Virus record (IMG/VR): IMGVR_UViG_3300040815_002027
Reading direction: 5' to 3' (one strand)
DNA from: a virus
Length of the DNA: 64,000 nt
In this document: positions 17,632 to 28,221 of the stretch, one piece after another
Numbering within the stretch: the stretch's first letter is position 1
How the letters are laid out: each line of letters begins with the position of its first letter
Notes under the pieces: generated by a model
What the model saw: the letters and a program-made list of their open reading frames with translations, nothing else
Databases searched by the model: none
Told to the model about the DNA's origin: nothing
Translations under genes and position numbers: made by a program

Positions 17632-18281
17632 TAAAACTAAAAGACATACTTTTAGAGGTTAGTAAGGTGTTTTATCACGGCACTCCAGATTCCAGGCAGA
17701 TATCAAAACAAGCTGGTTTTGAAAGAAAGACAAAAACTATAAACTATATAGAGGATTTGGATAGATACAAAGAATTACAAAGACAGCTTAAGGATACAGA
17801 CTATGCTAATATAGGACAGATAGGTAAAGAGATAAAGTCTTTAGAAAAAAAACATACTTTTAGATCTCCTATATTTTTAACAGATACTCTTTCAGTTGCA
17901 AAGACATATAGTAAGAAGCCTGCCTGGGGTAGTCAGAATAGTACCCCTAAAGTGTATAAGGTAAAGACCAGTCCTTCAAAGATATTAACCTTAGATATAA
18001 AAGGTAAGAGGTTTGATTTTTTAGATGTAGGTTTAGTTGCAGGTGCGTTTAAAAGTGCGGGAGAAGATACTAACACCTTCCATAATTTATTACAAAAGTA
18101 TGAGTACTATCAGTTAGGTAACATAGAAGGAGTACCTACAGACTCTTTAGTGGCTATTGCAGACGAGTTAGGCTTTGACTGTATTGATGTTTTAAATGCA
18201 GAGGATAGTTATAATGTAGGAAACAAATTATCAACAATAAGAATTATGTTGGAACCAAACGATATAAATATTATAAGATGA
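17628..18281 (+). CDS. ART-fold-like protein with MIKLKDILLE leader
   Basis: FYHGT, IFLTD...AKTYS, GFDCI motifs. Confidence 0.65.
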   Translation: MIKLKDILLEVSKVFYHGTPDSRQISKQAGFERKTKTINYIEDLDRYKELQRQLKDTDYANIGQIGKEIKSLEKKHTFRSPIFLTDTLSVAKTYSKKPAWGSQNSTPKVYKVKTSPSKILTLDIKGKRFDFLDVGLVAGAFKSAGEDTNTFHNLLQKYEYYQLGNIEGVPTDSLVAIADELGFDCIDVLNAEDSYNVGNKLSTIRIMLEPNDINIIR

Positions 18282-19297
18282 TTAAATTAAAAAACATTGT
18301 AGAGAGTATCTTAAAAGAAAGAATATCAGATATAGTATACCACGCTACGTATCTTAATAAAGGCCTAAGCATATTAAAACAAGATGCTTTTGTTTTAGCT
18401 ACTGTAACTGGTACTAAATCTGAAAAAGAAAAAAATAAAGGTAAAAACTACTATATGTCTTTAGCAAGATCTATGAGCAGTGGTTATAATCTTTTTAGAA
18501 ATGCTAGACAAATTATATTTTTTAAACTTGATGGAAAATTGTTGGGAAATAACTTAAAAGGAGGTCCTATAGATTATTGGGATGGTATGCATATGATGAA
18601 TATAAGTAATATGACAAATAAAGAAATGGAAGATAGAATATTCTCGGATAAACCTAAAATAGAAAATGCTTCTAAATATATAGAAGAGGTATATATTTTT
18701 TTAGGAGAAAAAAAATTTAAAATGAATAAAGATGAAAAAGGTATACCTACTGGTACATATACATCCTGGTATGAATTGGAAAATATGTTATCAGATAATA
18801 CAAAAAACATTATATTACAAATACTTGTACTACTAAAAAAAAGAGGCATACCTTTTTACATATACTTTAATAAATCAGATTTATTATCAAACAATAAGAA
18901 AAATGCCGTCAATTTTAAACAACTTAATTTAGGAGATAGAAAAGGTAATTTAGAATACAGTTATGACCGCTCAGATGTAAATAAATATAGGTATTTGGAA
19001 AAATCTCAATTATTAATATACTTATATTATTTTAACAATATAAATAAAATTAAAAACATTGTTCCAAAACACTATAAAGATATTGTAAAATCTAAAGTAT
19101 ACGATATAACTAAGTTACATAAAAACGATTTTCTAATGAGTGAGTATATTAGAAGTTTAAAAGGTGAGATCCACAATGAAAAATCTAAAAACAACAACTA
19201 TATTAATAGGCTCAATAAAATAATGAGAGATGAAAAATTAACTAATTTAGAAGACCTTGTTACCTTAATATCAAAAAAATGGGATAAAATATTATGA
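18278..19297 (+). CDS. leader-bearing protein, paralog of 27198 (possible ART fold)
   Basis: ERISDIVYHAT, YYMSLAR, LDG, EDRIF shared with 27198. Confidence 0.7.
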   Translation: MIKLKNIVESILKERISDIVYHATYLNKGLSILKQDAFVLATVTGTKSEKEKNKGKNYYMSLARSMSSGYNLFRNARQIIFFKLDGKLLGNNLKGGPIDYWDGMHMMNISNMTNKEMEDRIFSDKPKIENASKYIEEVYIFLGEKKFKMNKDEKGIPTGTYTSWYELENMLSDNTKNIILQILVLLKKRGIPFYIYFNKSDLLSNNKKNAVNFKQLNLGDRKGNLEYSYDRSDVNKYRYLEKSQLLIYLYYFNNINKIKNIVPKHYKDIVKSKVYDITKLHKNDFLMSEYIRSLKGEIHNEKSKNNNYINRLNKIMRDEKLTNLEDLVTLISKKWDKIL

Positions 19298-19779
19298 TTA
19301 AATTAAAACAAATACTAAACACCTTAACAGAATCATTAGAAAGATTACAATTCTCAAACTGGGAGATTCCTGACTTAAAGCAGCTTAAGCTAGAGTTTAA
19401 GGTAGAGCATCAGCTAAAAAGAAATAACTTTTTTGAAAGTGAAGAAGATTTCTTAGAAAGAGTAGATAAAGGTGAGATAATAACAATAACAGAGCAAGAT
19501 GATAGAAGTATATCTTATAGATCAAGAACAAAGAGCTTTGATCAGCTACATAATCTTATAAGAAGTTACGCTTCTTATCCAGAGTTTAGAAATGAGGATA
19601 CTTTAAAAAATATTTACAAAGGTTTTAGAGAAGGTAAGGCTATGGATTTACCTATTGTAATTGAGTTTAGTAACGGAGCAAGAAGAATATTCTCTGGAAA
19701 TACAAGATTAGATGTAGCCTTTCAGTTAGGGGTTACTCCTGTAAAGGTTCTTCTTATAAAGTCTGACCGAGAATATTAA
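19294..19779 (+). CDS. ParB/Srx-like domain protein with leader
   Basis: LPIVI...IFSGNTRL motif. Confidence 0.55.
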   Translation: MIKLKQILNTLTESLERLQFSNWEIPDLKQLKLEFKVEHQLKRNNFFESEEDFLERVDKGEIITITEQDDRSISYRSRTKSFDQLHNLIRSYASYPEFRNEDTLKNIYKGFREGKAMDLPIVIEFSNGARRIFSGNTRLDVAFQLGVTPVKVLLIKSDREY

Positions 19780-19831
19780 TATCCGCTGCGTATTTTGTGG
19801 CGGAGAAGTATATTTATATTAAAACAACAGT

Positions 19832-20932
19832 ATGAACAAACAACTTATTAAAGAAGAAATCGCCAAAATACAGAGAATTGCAGAGGTAAAACAGCAATTA
19901 GACGGCAAATATGAGTATCCTTCCTATACAAATGAGCAAATTGAGGTCTTAAAGGAGGGTTTTTTAGACAAAATGAAGGCTAAGTTTAAGGATAAGTTTA
20001 CATATGATCCTAACGTAAAAGCTATCTATTCTTATATAAAAGGTGGCGGAAAAGGCAATTTAAGGCTTCAAAACTACCCTTATGGTACATTTCCACCTGA
20101 ATTGAAGAAAGTTGGCGGCAATTTTACTGTATCTTCTTCTAAAATAGAGGAGTTTTCTCCTAAAATGCAGATAGATGGAGATTTAACTGTTATGAAAACA
20201 GATATAAAGAATTTAGGAAAAGACTTAACTATTAAGAATGACCTAGCTATTATAAACTGTACTAACTTAAATGTATTTCCTAATAAGATTTTTGTTGGGG
20301 GAAGTATTGCAATCAAGGACACTCCGATAAAATCTTGGCCCAAAACTATATCAAAGATCAACGGTAATCTAGGATTATATAAAACAGATGTAGCTGAACT
20401 ACCTTCAGGTCTATCTGTAAACGGAGTTCTAGATTTAAGAGACACTCCGATAAAGAAGATTCCAGATAATTTATTTGTAGCAGATAGTTTGTATGTGACT
20501 GGATGTCCTAATCTTAAGGGTGTATTCAGTTTTGGAAAAAATATTAGAGTAGATAAGAATGTTCATTTAAAGAAGACTCCTTTGATGAAGAGCTTAAGTA
20601 CTCAGGATGATGTAAAAAGTTTTGTTGAAGCTACTGGTATGCAAGTAGGTGCGATACACTACGGTAAAAAATATCCTGTTGCTTTTAATGCTGGAAAAAA
20701 ATCAAAGAAGGTAACAGCAGACATTGGAGGTAAGATCAGAGCTAAGCGAACAGCTCAAGGAGGTGGAGGGTTTGGCGGACAACTTGGAGCAGGTGGTAGA
20801 GCTGCTGGTGGAAGTAGAAAGAAGAGTATCTTCAACATCTTCAGAGAAAGTTTAAAAGAGGCTGAATATAGTCCAGAGGAGTTAAAGGAGATCGAAGGTG
20901 CTATTTCTATCTTACAAAAATATGATGCCTAA
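19832..20932 (+). CDS. leucine-rich-repeat-like protein with Gly-rich tail
   Basis: Repeats LPSGLSVNGVLDLRDTPIKKIPDNLFV. Confidence 0.75.
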   Translation: MNKQLIKEEIAKIQRIAEVKQQLDGKYEYPSYTNEQIEVLKEGFLDKMKAKFKDKFTYDPNVKAIYSYIKGGGKGNLRLQNYPYGTFPPELKKVGGNFTVSSSKIEEFSPKMQIDGDLTVMKTDIKNLGKDLTIKNDLAIINCTNLNVFPNKIFVGGSIAIKDTPIKSWPKTISKINGNLGLYKTDVAELPSGLSVNGVLDLRDTPIKKIPDNLFVADSLYVTGCPNLKGVFSFGKNIRVDKNVHLKKTPLMKSLSTQDDVKSFVEATGMQVGAIHYGKKYPVAFNAGKKSKKVTADIGGKIRAKRTAQGGGGFGGQLGAGGRAAGGSRKKSIFNIFRESLKEAEYSPEELKEIEGAISILQKYDA

Positions 20933-21486
20933 TGAACATATTAAAGGTAAGTAAGAATAAGCCTTTAGTAGATGCTATTGCCAACAGACATCCTATATCT
21001 TTTATGTATTATGGAGACAAGAACAGAGATGTACTTGTAGGTAAGAGGCAGTACGCTGAACCTGTTGCTATAGGAATCTCAAAAAAAGGCAATCTTATGA
21101 TAAGATGTTACATAGAGCCTCCAACCAAGTCTAAGTCAGGCTATAAGAGGAGTTACTGGAGAACTTATTTAGTCTCTGGTATGAGAGGTGTGGTTGTTAT
21201 GAAATCTAAAACTTTTGATTTAACAAGACCATTATATAATGGTGGAGGGGATGATAGGACTATGGTAACTACACTGTTTTCTAATGAGCCTGGTGCTGAT
21301 CCGTACAGAACTCCAAAACAGATTCAGGCTGATGAGAAAAAGAAGCAAAGAGAAAAGGACACTCAGATTTCAGATAAGATAAAGAAGTCTATACAAGATA
21401 AGGTTAAAAAAGCAAGAGGGAACTTGAGTGCGAGGGATAAGGCCTTTATCAAACAGCAACAAGAAAAGTTAAAAAGAAAAAGATGA
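20932..21486 (+). CDS. WYL-domain-like protein
   Basis: ISFMYYG, R.YAEPVAIG, IRCY, WRTYLVSGM pattern. Confidence 0.6.
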   Translation: MNILKVSKNKPLVDAIANRHPISFMYYGDKNRDVLVGKRQYAEPVAIGISKKGNLMIRCYIEPPTKSKSGYKRSYWRTYLVSGMRGVVVMKSKTFDLTRPLYNGGGDDRTMVTTLFSNEPGADPYRTPKQIQADEKKKQREKDTQISDKIKKSIQDKVKKARGNLSARDKAFIKQQQEKLKRKR

Positions 21487-22088
21487 CAAAGCTATCTGAG
21501 TTAAAAAAAGAAACGCTTTTAAATACTGAAGAGTATTATGAGGTAGCTAAGGCTATAAGAGCTGGCAAACCTATAGACTTTTATTACTCACAAAAAAGTT
21601 CAGTATCTCCTTTATACTGGGCTGGTCCTGGTGCTGGACCTGAAGCTTCAAAAAGAATAACCGTCCAACCCTATGCTTTAGGTATATCTAATAAGTATAC
21701 TGGATCTGGAGTCTTTATGTTGGCAATGATAAGAAAAGGAGAAACCTTTAGTATGTCCAACACAGGAATTTGGAGAACTTATTATTTACATAGAATGGCA
21801 GATATAGAGCAGTCTTCTGAAAGGTGGGTAACGCCTAATAAAAGACCGCCAGATGATAAATTATTTAAAAATATAGGAGATATAACAATGGTACACAGAG
21901 AATTAAACAGCATACCTCAAGATGACACTCTAGATACAGACGTAGACTATGAGATAAGCGAAGCTGAAGAAGCGGATATTAAAAACCTACAAAAAGATGT
22001 AGAGGAGTTTAGTAAGAATAAGGAGAAGATAAAGACAAAGTTATCTGATATTGCCAAACAACTTTTAGGAGATAAAGACAAGAAATGA
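21483..22088 (+). CDS. WYL-domain-like protein (paralog)
   Basis: IDFYY, RITVQPYALG, WRTYYLHRM. Confidence 0.6.
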   Translation: MTKLSELKKETLLNTEEYYEVAKAIRAGKPIDFYYSQKSSVSPLYWAGPGAGPEASKRITVQPYALGISNKYTGSGVFMLAMIRKGETFSMSNTGIWRTYYLHRMADIEQSSERWVTPNKRPPDDKLFKNIGDITMVHRELNSIPQDDTLDTDVDYEISEAEEADIKNLQKDVEEFSKNKEKIKTKLSDIAKQLLGDKDKK

Positions 22089-22651
22089 TAAAGATATTAC
22101 TTTTTACATTTGCCCCCATCTTTTTGATGGCACAAGATAACTCTCTATTTTATAGTTTTGGCTTTTATATGAACGATGTAAGAGACTTAGATGGGAGAAC
22201 TCCTATATCTTTAGAGATAGGTGCTGATATGGACACTTACACTGCGTCTTTGCAATCAGATGTAAGAAGAGGAAAGACTTACATAGGGAATTATGTTTCT
22301 AACTCTGATCCTGTTAGTATAGACACCAGGTATGTAATTAATGGTAAGATAAATAAGAATCATTTATTAGGAGGGTATGGGCAGTTTACAACAACTGCAA
22401 TGGCCATAGATGGAGCTGCCATAGGATTATCTTATAGGTATATAAATAAGCCTACAAAAGTTTTTTCTTTTTTTGCCGACTTTTTTTTGCCTGTATTAGG
22501 CTATAACAAAATAAGAAAGTGGAACCCTGTTGACGAGCGTGTAAATAGTATTATCTTTGGACATAACCTTAATCCTGCCTACAAAGCCAGGAACACAGAA
22601 ATTAGGTTTAAAGTAGGATTAGTAATTAGAAACTTTATAAATGAAAGATAA
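22085..22651 (+). CDS. putative exported outer-membrane beta-barrel-like protein
   Basis: Signal peptide ending MA|Q; alternating beta pattern; paralog of 25039. Confidence 0.55.
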   Translation: MIKILLFTFAPIFLMAQDNSLFYSFGFYMNDVRDLDGRTPISLEIGADMDTYTASLQSDVRRGKTYIGNYVSNSDPVSIDTRYVINGKINKNHLLGGYGQFTTTAMAIDGAAIGLSYRYINKPTKVFSFFADFFLPVLGYNKIRKWNPVDERVNSIIFGHNLNPAYKARNTEIRFKVGLVIRNFINER

Positions 22652-23153
22652 AGAAGAAATGTCTCCACAAGAGAAAAAGATGGAGATGTTAAAAAAACAT
22701 TACAAGTCTTTACCTCTTCCTAAAGTAAGAGATATACAGGCGCAGTTAAAAAGAAAGTCTAAAAGATACCAGGACTTAGGTACAAAAGTTCCTAAAGATG
22801 TCACGTCTTTACAAAGAACATTAACTTATATTATCAGAGCAAAAGAAGCAGAAGCTATAGAAAAAGGTGCGGTGAAGGAAAGCATTGATTATGGGGTTTT
22901 AAAGGATCTAATAACAAGTAGGATAAAGGTAAAGCCTTTAAAAAAAGTAAAACAGTCTATTTTTCCAAATGCTATAGATGTTTGGAAGTTATCAGAAAAT
23001 ATTTACTTAAAGACTACAGACGATAATAACCTAGTATTATTTAGTATGTCTGCTGATGATAATTTAAAACTTAAGTACAAAGAGTTGAAAAAAATTGGCG
23101 GAGATGAAGATCTCTCTAACTTTTTAAATTTAGCAAAAAGAAAAAAAGTATGA
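22641..23153 (+). CDS. hypothetical protein
   Basis: ORF track. Confidence 0.75.
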   Translation: MKDKEEMSPQEKKMEMLKKHYKSLPLPKVRDIQAQLKRKSKRYQDLGTKVPKDVTSLQRTLTYIIRAKEAEAIEKGAVKESIDYGVLKDLITSRIKVKPLKKVKQSIFPNAIDVWKLSENIYLKTTDDNNLVLFSMSADDNLKLKYKELKKIGGDEDLSNFLNLAKRKKV

Positions 23154-23971
23154 AACAAAACACTTTTTACAAATTATATGATAAGTTAATATTAGAAACT
23201 ATAAGCATCCTATCAGAATCTCAGTTAGACCAATTAAAGGCAACTTTTGTTGGGGAAGGAGAATTAGACAAACCTGTTAAGATAGGAGGCAAAAAAGAGA
23301 AAGGCAAAAAAATGTCGGAAGATGTTTGGAATAAAATCTCTAATTTAACTGTATCTCGTGCTAATAAGGATAATACCAAATTAAAAGATTTACCTCAATA
23401 TTTTATCTGGTTGTTAAAAATGGTAGCAGCAGAAAAACTCCCAAAGGAAGATATAGACCAATTTGGAGATTCCAGTTTTGGAAAAGGTCTTATATCCAGG
23501 TTTATTAGTAAAAAGATAGCAAAGTATCTAAAACAAAGAGATATAACAAAGTATAGTAATATAGAGGATTTAAGAACTGACGTAGCTGATGCAGAAGACC
23601 AATTACCCTACGAGTATGAACAAGGAGAAAATTTAGTGCCTAAAGAAGGTATAGATGAGTTAAAACAAGTTGGAGTAGACCTTATAGGTACTGTTGCAGG
23701 ATATCAATGCTTTAAAGTATCTCAAGGAAATGATAGTGAAGAGACTTTTAAAGTATATACTAAATATTTGGCAAAATGTGCAAGTGGGGATATCACTTTA
23801 GATATTTGTACTATGAGAAATTATGATAGTTTTAAAAAGTACATAAAAAATGAAGATTATTATATATTCTTTAACACTAATGATAAAAAAGCACCTTACC
23901 AGTTTGGATACGGTAGTCAGCAGTTTCACGATGTAGGAAATAGAAGTGTCATTGCCGCTGATTATGAATAA
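23150..23971 (+). CDS. hypothetical protein with leader-like N-terminus
   Basis: ORF track; KLILE, ICT, YQF, QFHD motifs. Confidence 0.75.
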   Translation: MKQNTFYKLYDKLILETISILSESQLDQLKATFVGEGELDKPVKIGGKKEKGKKMSEDVWNKISNLTVSRANKDNTKLKDLPQYFIWLLKMVAAEKLPKEDIDQFGDSSFGKGLISRFISKKIAKYLKQRDITKYSNIEDLRTDVADAEDQLPYEYEQGENLVPKEGIDELKQVGVDLIGTVAGYQCFKVSQGNDSEETFKVYTKYLAKCASGDITLDICTMRNYDSFKKYIKNEDYYIFFNTNDKKAPYQFGYGSQQFHDVGNRSVIAADYE

Positions 23972-23982
23972 AGTATAGGATA

Positions 23983-24597
23983 ATGAAAAAACACATATTA
24001 CAATTTTTTAAATTTTTAAAAGATAAGGAAGGTAAATCAGCTCCCTTAAAACTCAAGCTCTTAGACCCACAAACTTTTGGTAAACCCACAAAAAATCAGT
24101 TAAATGTAAAAGGTGACTTAAATTTAAGTAAGACAAATATAAAGGAACTACCTCAAGGACTACAGGTGAGTGGGGATTTAGATTTAAGCGGTTGCACATC
24201 TCTTACAAAACTTCTACAAGGACTACAGGTGGGTGGGAGTTTAGATTTACAAGGCTGTACTTCTCTAAAAGAACTACCTCAAGACCTTAAGGTGGGTGAC
24301 GGTATAAATTTAATGGATTGCACATCTCTTAAAGAATTACCACAAGACCTTTATGTGGGTGAAGATTTAGATTTAGAAGGTTGCACATCGCTTAAAGAAC
24401 TCCCACAAGGACTACAGGTGGGTTGGAGTTTAAATTTAATGGATTGCACATCTTTAAAAGAACTTCCACAAGGTCTTAAGGTGATTGATAATTTATGGTT
24501 AGTAAACACACCTATAGCAGATAAATACTCAAAAGAAGAGATAAAAAAGATGATAGAAGATGGGGGAGGATTTGTTGAAGGTGAAATTAATGTATAA
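23983..24597 (+). CDS. LRR protein with 6 repeats of about 21 aa
   Basis: xVxxxLxLxxCTSLKELPQxL repeats. Confidence 0.9.
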   Translation: MKKHILQFFKFLKDKEGKSAPLKLKLLDPQTFGKPTKNQLNVKGDLNLSKTNIKELPQGLQVSGDLDLSGCTSLTKLLQGLQVGGSLDLQGCTSLKELPQDLKVGDGINLMDCTSLKELPQDLYVGEDLDLEGCTSLKELPQGLQVGWSLNLMDCTSLKELPQGLKVIDNLWLVNTPIADKYSKEEIKKMIEDGGGFVEGEINV

Positions 24598-25022
24598 TGA
24601 AAAAACACATAGCACAATTCTTTAAATTTTTAGAGGATAAGGAAGGTAAGCCTGCTCCGTTAAGACTCAAGCTCTTAGATCCTCAAACATGGGGTAAACC
24701 TACGAAGGAAGATTTAAACGTTAAAGGTGATTTAGATTTATCAGAAACAAACATAAAAGAGCTTCCACAAGGACTTAAGGTAGATAAGAATTTATGGCTA
24801 GATGGTTGTACATCGCTTGAAAAACTACCCCAAGGTCTTAAGGTGGGGTGGCTTTTAGATTTAACAGATTGCACCTCCCTTGAAAAACTACCCCAAGGAC
24901 TTGAGGTGGGTATGGGTTTAAATTTAACAAACACACCCATAGCACAAAAATACTCAAAAGAAGAAATACGAAAAATGATCGAGCGTGGAGGTAAATCTGT
25001 TAAAGGTCAAATTATTATATAA
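24597..25022 (+). CDS. LRR protein with 3 repeats of about 21 aa (tandem paralog)
   Basis: Same N- and C-caps as 23983. Confidence 0.9.
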   Translation: MKKHIAQFFKFLEDKEGKPAPLRLKLLDPQTWGKPTKEDLNVKGDLDLSETNIKELPQGLKVDKNLWLDGCTSLEKLPQGLKVGWLLDLTDCTSLEKLPQGLEVGMGLNLTNTPIAQKYSKEEIRKMIERGGKSVKGQIII

Positions 25023-25038
25023 TGGAAAAACACAAATT

Positions 25039-25671
25039 ATGAAACAGATTATAACAACATTCCTACTACTATTAGGAATCACAACCTATTCTCAAACAGG
25101 GTGCTATACTTTTCCTTCAAGTACAAGATCATCGGTAGGTGTTTTAAAACTTGGAGCAGGTATTATGCCATTTATGATGCAAGACAATGACCAGCTTCCT
25201 ATTAGAATGTTTATGATGGAGATGGAGTATAAAACTTGGGGAGGAGGAGTTCAACTTGATGCGAGATCAGGTAAGACATATCTATCAAAAACATTTCCCT
25301 ATGCTCCTTCCATATCTATGGATTCAAGACTCTACGGCTATCATAATATGAATGATAATGTATCTATAGGAGGATACGGACAGATTAACTCTACAAGTAT
25401 GTGGGTGGATGGATGTGCTTTGGGAGGACTCCTACGATACTCACAAGACTTTAAGAACGTTGGTATGTTTGGACAAGTACAACTACCTTTCTTTAGTATG
25501 CAAAGAAGACCTCCCTCAACGGTAGCAAATGGGATGGAGCATCAAAAACTATATTGGTTTGGTATTCCTGAAAATTTTGGGCAAGATGACTTTCACAAAA
25601 CAAGACCATCAGAATATAGATTTACAGTTGGAGTATATATAAGAATAAACAGTAGAATATATCCATATTAA
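25039..25671 (+). CDS. putative exported outer-membrane beta-barrel-like protein
   Basis: MKQIITTFLLLLGITTYS|Q signal; shares RxGKTY, GGYGQ, DGxAxG, ExRFxVG with 22085. Confidence 0.55.
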   Translation: MKQIITTFLLLLGITTYSQTGCYTFPSSTRSSVGVLKLGAGIMPFMMQDNDQLPIRMFMMEMEYKTWGGGVQLDARSGKTYLSKTFPYAPSISMDSRLYGYHNMNDNVSIGGYGQINSTSMWVDGCALGGLLRYSQDFKNVGMFGQVQLPFFSMQRRPPSTVANGMEHQKLYWFGIPENFGQDDFHKTRPSEYRFTVGVYIRINSRIYPY

Positions 25672-25684
25672 TAAACCCAGCCTT

Positions 25685-26185
25685 ATGATTAAACTAAAGG
25701 AAATATATAATACATATATCATTTCAGAATTTACAAAATCTGATTATATAGAAATACCTTATGGTAAAGATGATGGTATAGATTATGATACTTTAGAGGA
25801 TGAAGGGTTAGAAGATTATGAAGATGATATACTTGACCAAATAGATACCTTAGAAAAAGAGTCTGGAATACATTTTACAAGAGATAGGTTTATAGATACA
25901 ATATTATTTCATAAAAAAGATAATAAGGTAGTTGGAGTGTTATACTATTCTGATGATACTGATAAATTTACCTTTGATGTAATAGTCTCTAAAGATTATA
26001 GAAATAAAGGAATAGCTTCTTATTTAGTTAAATTGGCTTTAGATTTTTATAACTTTGATACAGAAATGTTTAATAATAAAATAGAAGTAGATGCAGTTAA
26101 TCCGATTATGGCTAATTTACTAAAAACTAAATTTAATTTTAAAGTAAAAGAAAAACTACCTGGTAGAGAAATACTCACACGATAA
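25685..26185 (+). CDS. GNAT acetyltransferase with leader
   Basis: VIVSKDYRNKGIASYLV acetyl-CoA-binding motif. Confidence 0.8.
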   Translation: MIKLKEIYNTYIISEFTKSDYIEIPYGKDDGIDYDTLEDEGLEDYEDDILDQIDTLEKESGIHFTRDRFIDTILFHKKDNKVVGVLYYSDDTDKFTFDVIVSKDYRNKGIASYLVKLALDFYNFDTEMFNNKIEVDAVNPIMANLLKTKFNFKVKEKLPGREILTR

Positions 26186-26196
26186 GACAACTAATT

Positions 26197-26775
26197 ATGA
26201 TTAAACTAAAGCCACTTGTAGAAGGTATTTTAAAAGAAAGATATGATATTTCCAAATACGACAATATGTTAAAACAAAAATATGATATAGATTATTCAGA
26301 CTTAAATTATTTAGGAAGTGGAGACTTTGGTGAAGCATATTCTGATGATGAAGGGAAGGTCTTTAAGTTTACAAGTTCTAAAAGCGAGGCATCATTAGCA
26401 AAAGAAATATTGAAAAGTAACTCAAAGTATGATGCCTTTGCAGATATCTACGATGTAGTAGATTTAGATAATAGAGTGACACTCATAGTACAAGAAGAAT
26501 TAGAAGAAGACAGTTCTATAGAAGATATGTACTATCAAGTAGAAAATATATTAGCTAATCAAGAACTTCCTATACAGTATATACATAATTTAGATTATGA
26601 TGAATTAGACGAAGAAATTGATTCAGAGTTAGAAAAATTTATTAACGATTTAGAAGATATAGTTAGGTCGTATAGAATGTTAGGTATAGAAGCCTCTGAT
26701 ATACGCCCAGAAAATATGGGATATGATAAATCAGGTAAACTAAAAGCATTTGATATAGATGATAAAAATAAGTAA
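26197..26775 (+). CDS. minimal Ser/Thr protein kinase-like protein with leader
   Basis: LGSGDFGEAY Gly loop, VFK, DIRPENMG catalytic loop, FDID. Confidence 0.8.
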   Translation: MIKLKPLVEGILKERYDISKYDNMLKQKYDIDYSDLNYLGSGDFGEAYSDDEGKVFKFTSSKSEASLAKEILKSNSKYDAFADIYDVVDLDNRVTLIVQEELEEDSSIEDMYYQVENILANQELPIQYIHNLDYDELDEEIDSELEKFINDLEDIVRSYRMLGIEASDIRPENMGYDKSGKLKAFDIDDKNK

Positions 26776-26776
26776 G

Positions 26777-27205
26777 ATGATTAAACTAAGACAACTATTA
26801 AAAGAAGCCAAGAAGAAACTCTATCCTTGTCCTAAACCAACAAAGGATTTAAAACTTAATACAAAGAATAGAAACAAGGCTATTAAAGCAGACCACATTA
26901 AGTATGGTCCTTTAAACGTAGATAAGCCAGGAAACTTTTGGAAACAAATAGCAAAGTTTTGGAACACAGAAGAAGATGCAGCAAAGTCTTCTTTATGCGG
27001 TAACTGTGCTGCATTTGATGTATCTCCAAGAATGAAGCAGTGTATGCCTGGAGAACTACAAGATGATGATGGAGAGTTAGGATATTGTTGGATGCACCAC
27101 TTTAAGTGCCACTCTGCAAGGACTTGTAGAACTTGGGCGAAGGGTGGACCTATAAAAACAGATGATGTATCTGAAACTTGGCAAAATCAAAAATCAGATG
27201 ACTAA
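26777..27205 (+). CDS. Cys/His-rich metal-binding protein with leader
   Basis: MIKLRQLLKE; CGNC, GYCWMHHFKCHSARTCRTW. Confidence 0.75.
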   Translation: MIKLRQLLKEAKKKLYPCPKPTKDLKLNTKNRNKAIKADHIKYGPLNVDKPGNFWKQIAKFWNTEEDAAKSSLCGNCAAFDVSPRMKQCMPGELQDDDGELGYCWMHHFKCHSARTCRTWAKGGPIKTDDVSETWQNQKSDD

Positions 27206-28220
27206 ATTAAAGATATTATTAGAACAAGTATTAAAAGAGCGTATAACTGATAAAGTGTATCATATAACTACTATAGAAAATGCTCTAAATATCTTACAAT
27301 CAGATTCTTTTAAAGCATCTAAAGTGTATGCTAAAGACAAAGAAAAGGAGATAAACCCAGAAGGTTATGATTATTATATGTCTACTGCCAGGGTAAGAAA
27401 TAGTATTTATATTAAAGATCACGCATCCTCATTCTCTGAAGTTATGTTTGTATTAGATGGTAATAAGTTAAATCAGAATTTCAAAGGAAGAGCTGTGAAT
27501 TATCACGCAGGTAGTTCACATTCGCCTACAAGAAGGTATTCAGAAGATGAAGATAGAGTGTTTTTGAAAAAACCCTTTATAAAAAACTTCTCAAAATATA
27601 TAAAAAGAGTAGATATATTTATTAAAGAATCTACAAATAGTAATAATATTAATTGGATAGCGGCTAGAAAAATTATTTTAAAATGTAAAAAATATAATAT
27701 AGACTATTTAATATTTAATAAAAGGGGAGATTTTATAAAAGGAGACAAAAAATTATCTATCCCTTTTGAAGATGTTAAAGGCTATATGAAAGGAGACTTA
27801 CCAAAACGTAGACCTTTTCTAGATACTTTAGATAGAAAAGAGAAACAGTATGTAACATCTTTTATATTTCTATACCATTCTAAGTCTTTATATGATTTCT
27901 ATGTTAAAAATAAAACAAAAGGCTATCCTTATATTTTTCCTAATAATAATTTAAAACCAGAAGAGTTAAAAAAATGGATAAGCAATCCTAAGAATAAGGC
28001 TGATTTATTATCATCTCTAGTACGTGTACTAGACGAGTTTGGTGATATAACAAGCTATTCATTCTTTTTTAGTATACGTGATAAAGATAATACACACAAA
28101 AGAATAAGTGATGCTATAGAAAAAATATTTAGAACAGAAAGAGTAAGAAGTTTAGATGATAAGTTAGAGTCTAAAATAATAAACAAGTGGAAAGATATAT
28201 TAGATAATTATATAGAATAA
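27198..28220 (+). CDS. leader-bearing protein, paralog of 18278
   Basis: MTKLKILLEQVLKE start; VYHIT, YYMSTAR, EDEDRVF. Confidence 0.75.
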   Translation: MTKLKILLEQVLKERITDKVYHITTIENALNILQSDSFKASKVYAKDKEKEINPEGYDYYMSTARVRNSIYIKDHASSFSEVMFVLDGNKLNQNFKGRAVNYHAGSSHSPTRRYSEDEDRVFLKKPFIKNFSKYIKRVDIFIKESTNSNNINWIAARKIILKCKKYNIDYLIFNKRGDFIKGDKKLSIPFEDVKGYMKGDLPKRRPFLDTLDRKEKQYVTSFIFLYHSKSLYDFYVKNKTKGYPYIFPNNNLKPEELKKWISNPKNKADLLSSLVRVLDEFGDITSYSFFFSIRDKDNTHKRISDAIEKIFRTERVRSLDDKLESKIINKWKDILDNYIE

Positions 28221-28221
28221 G

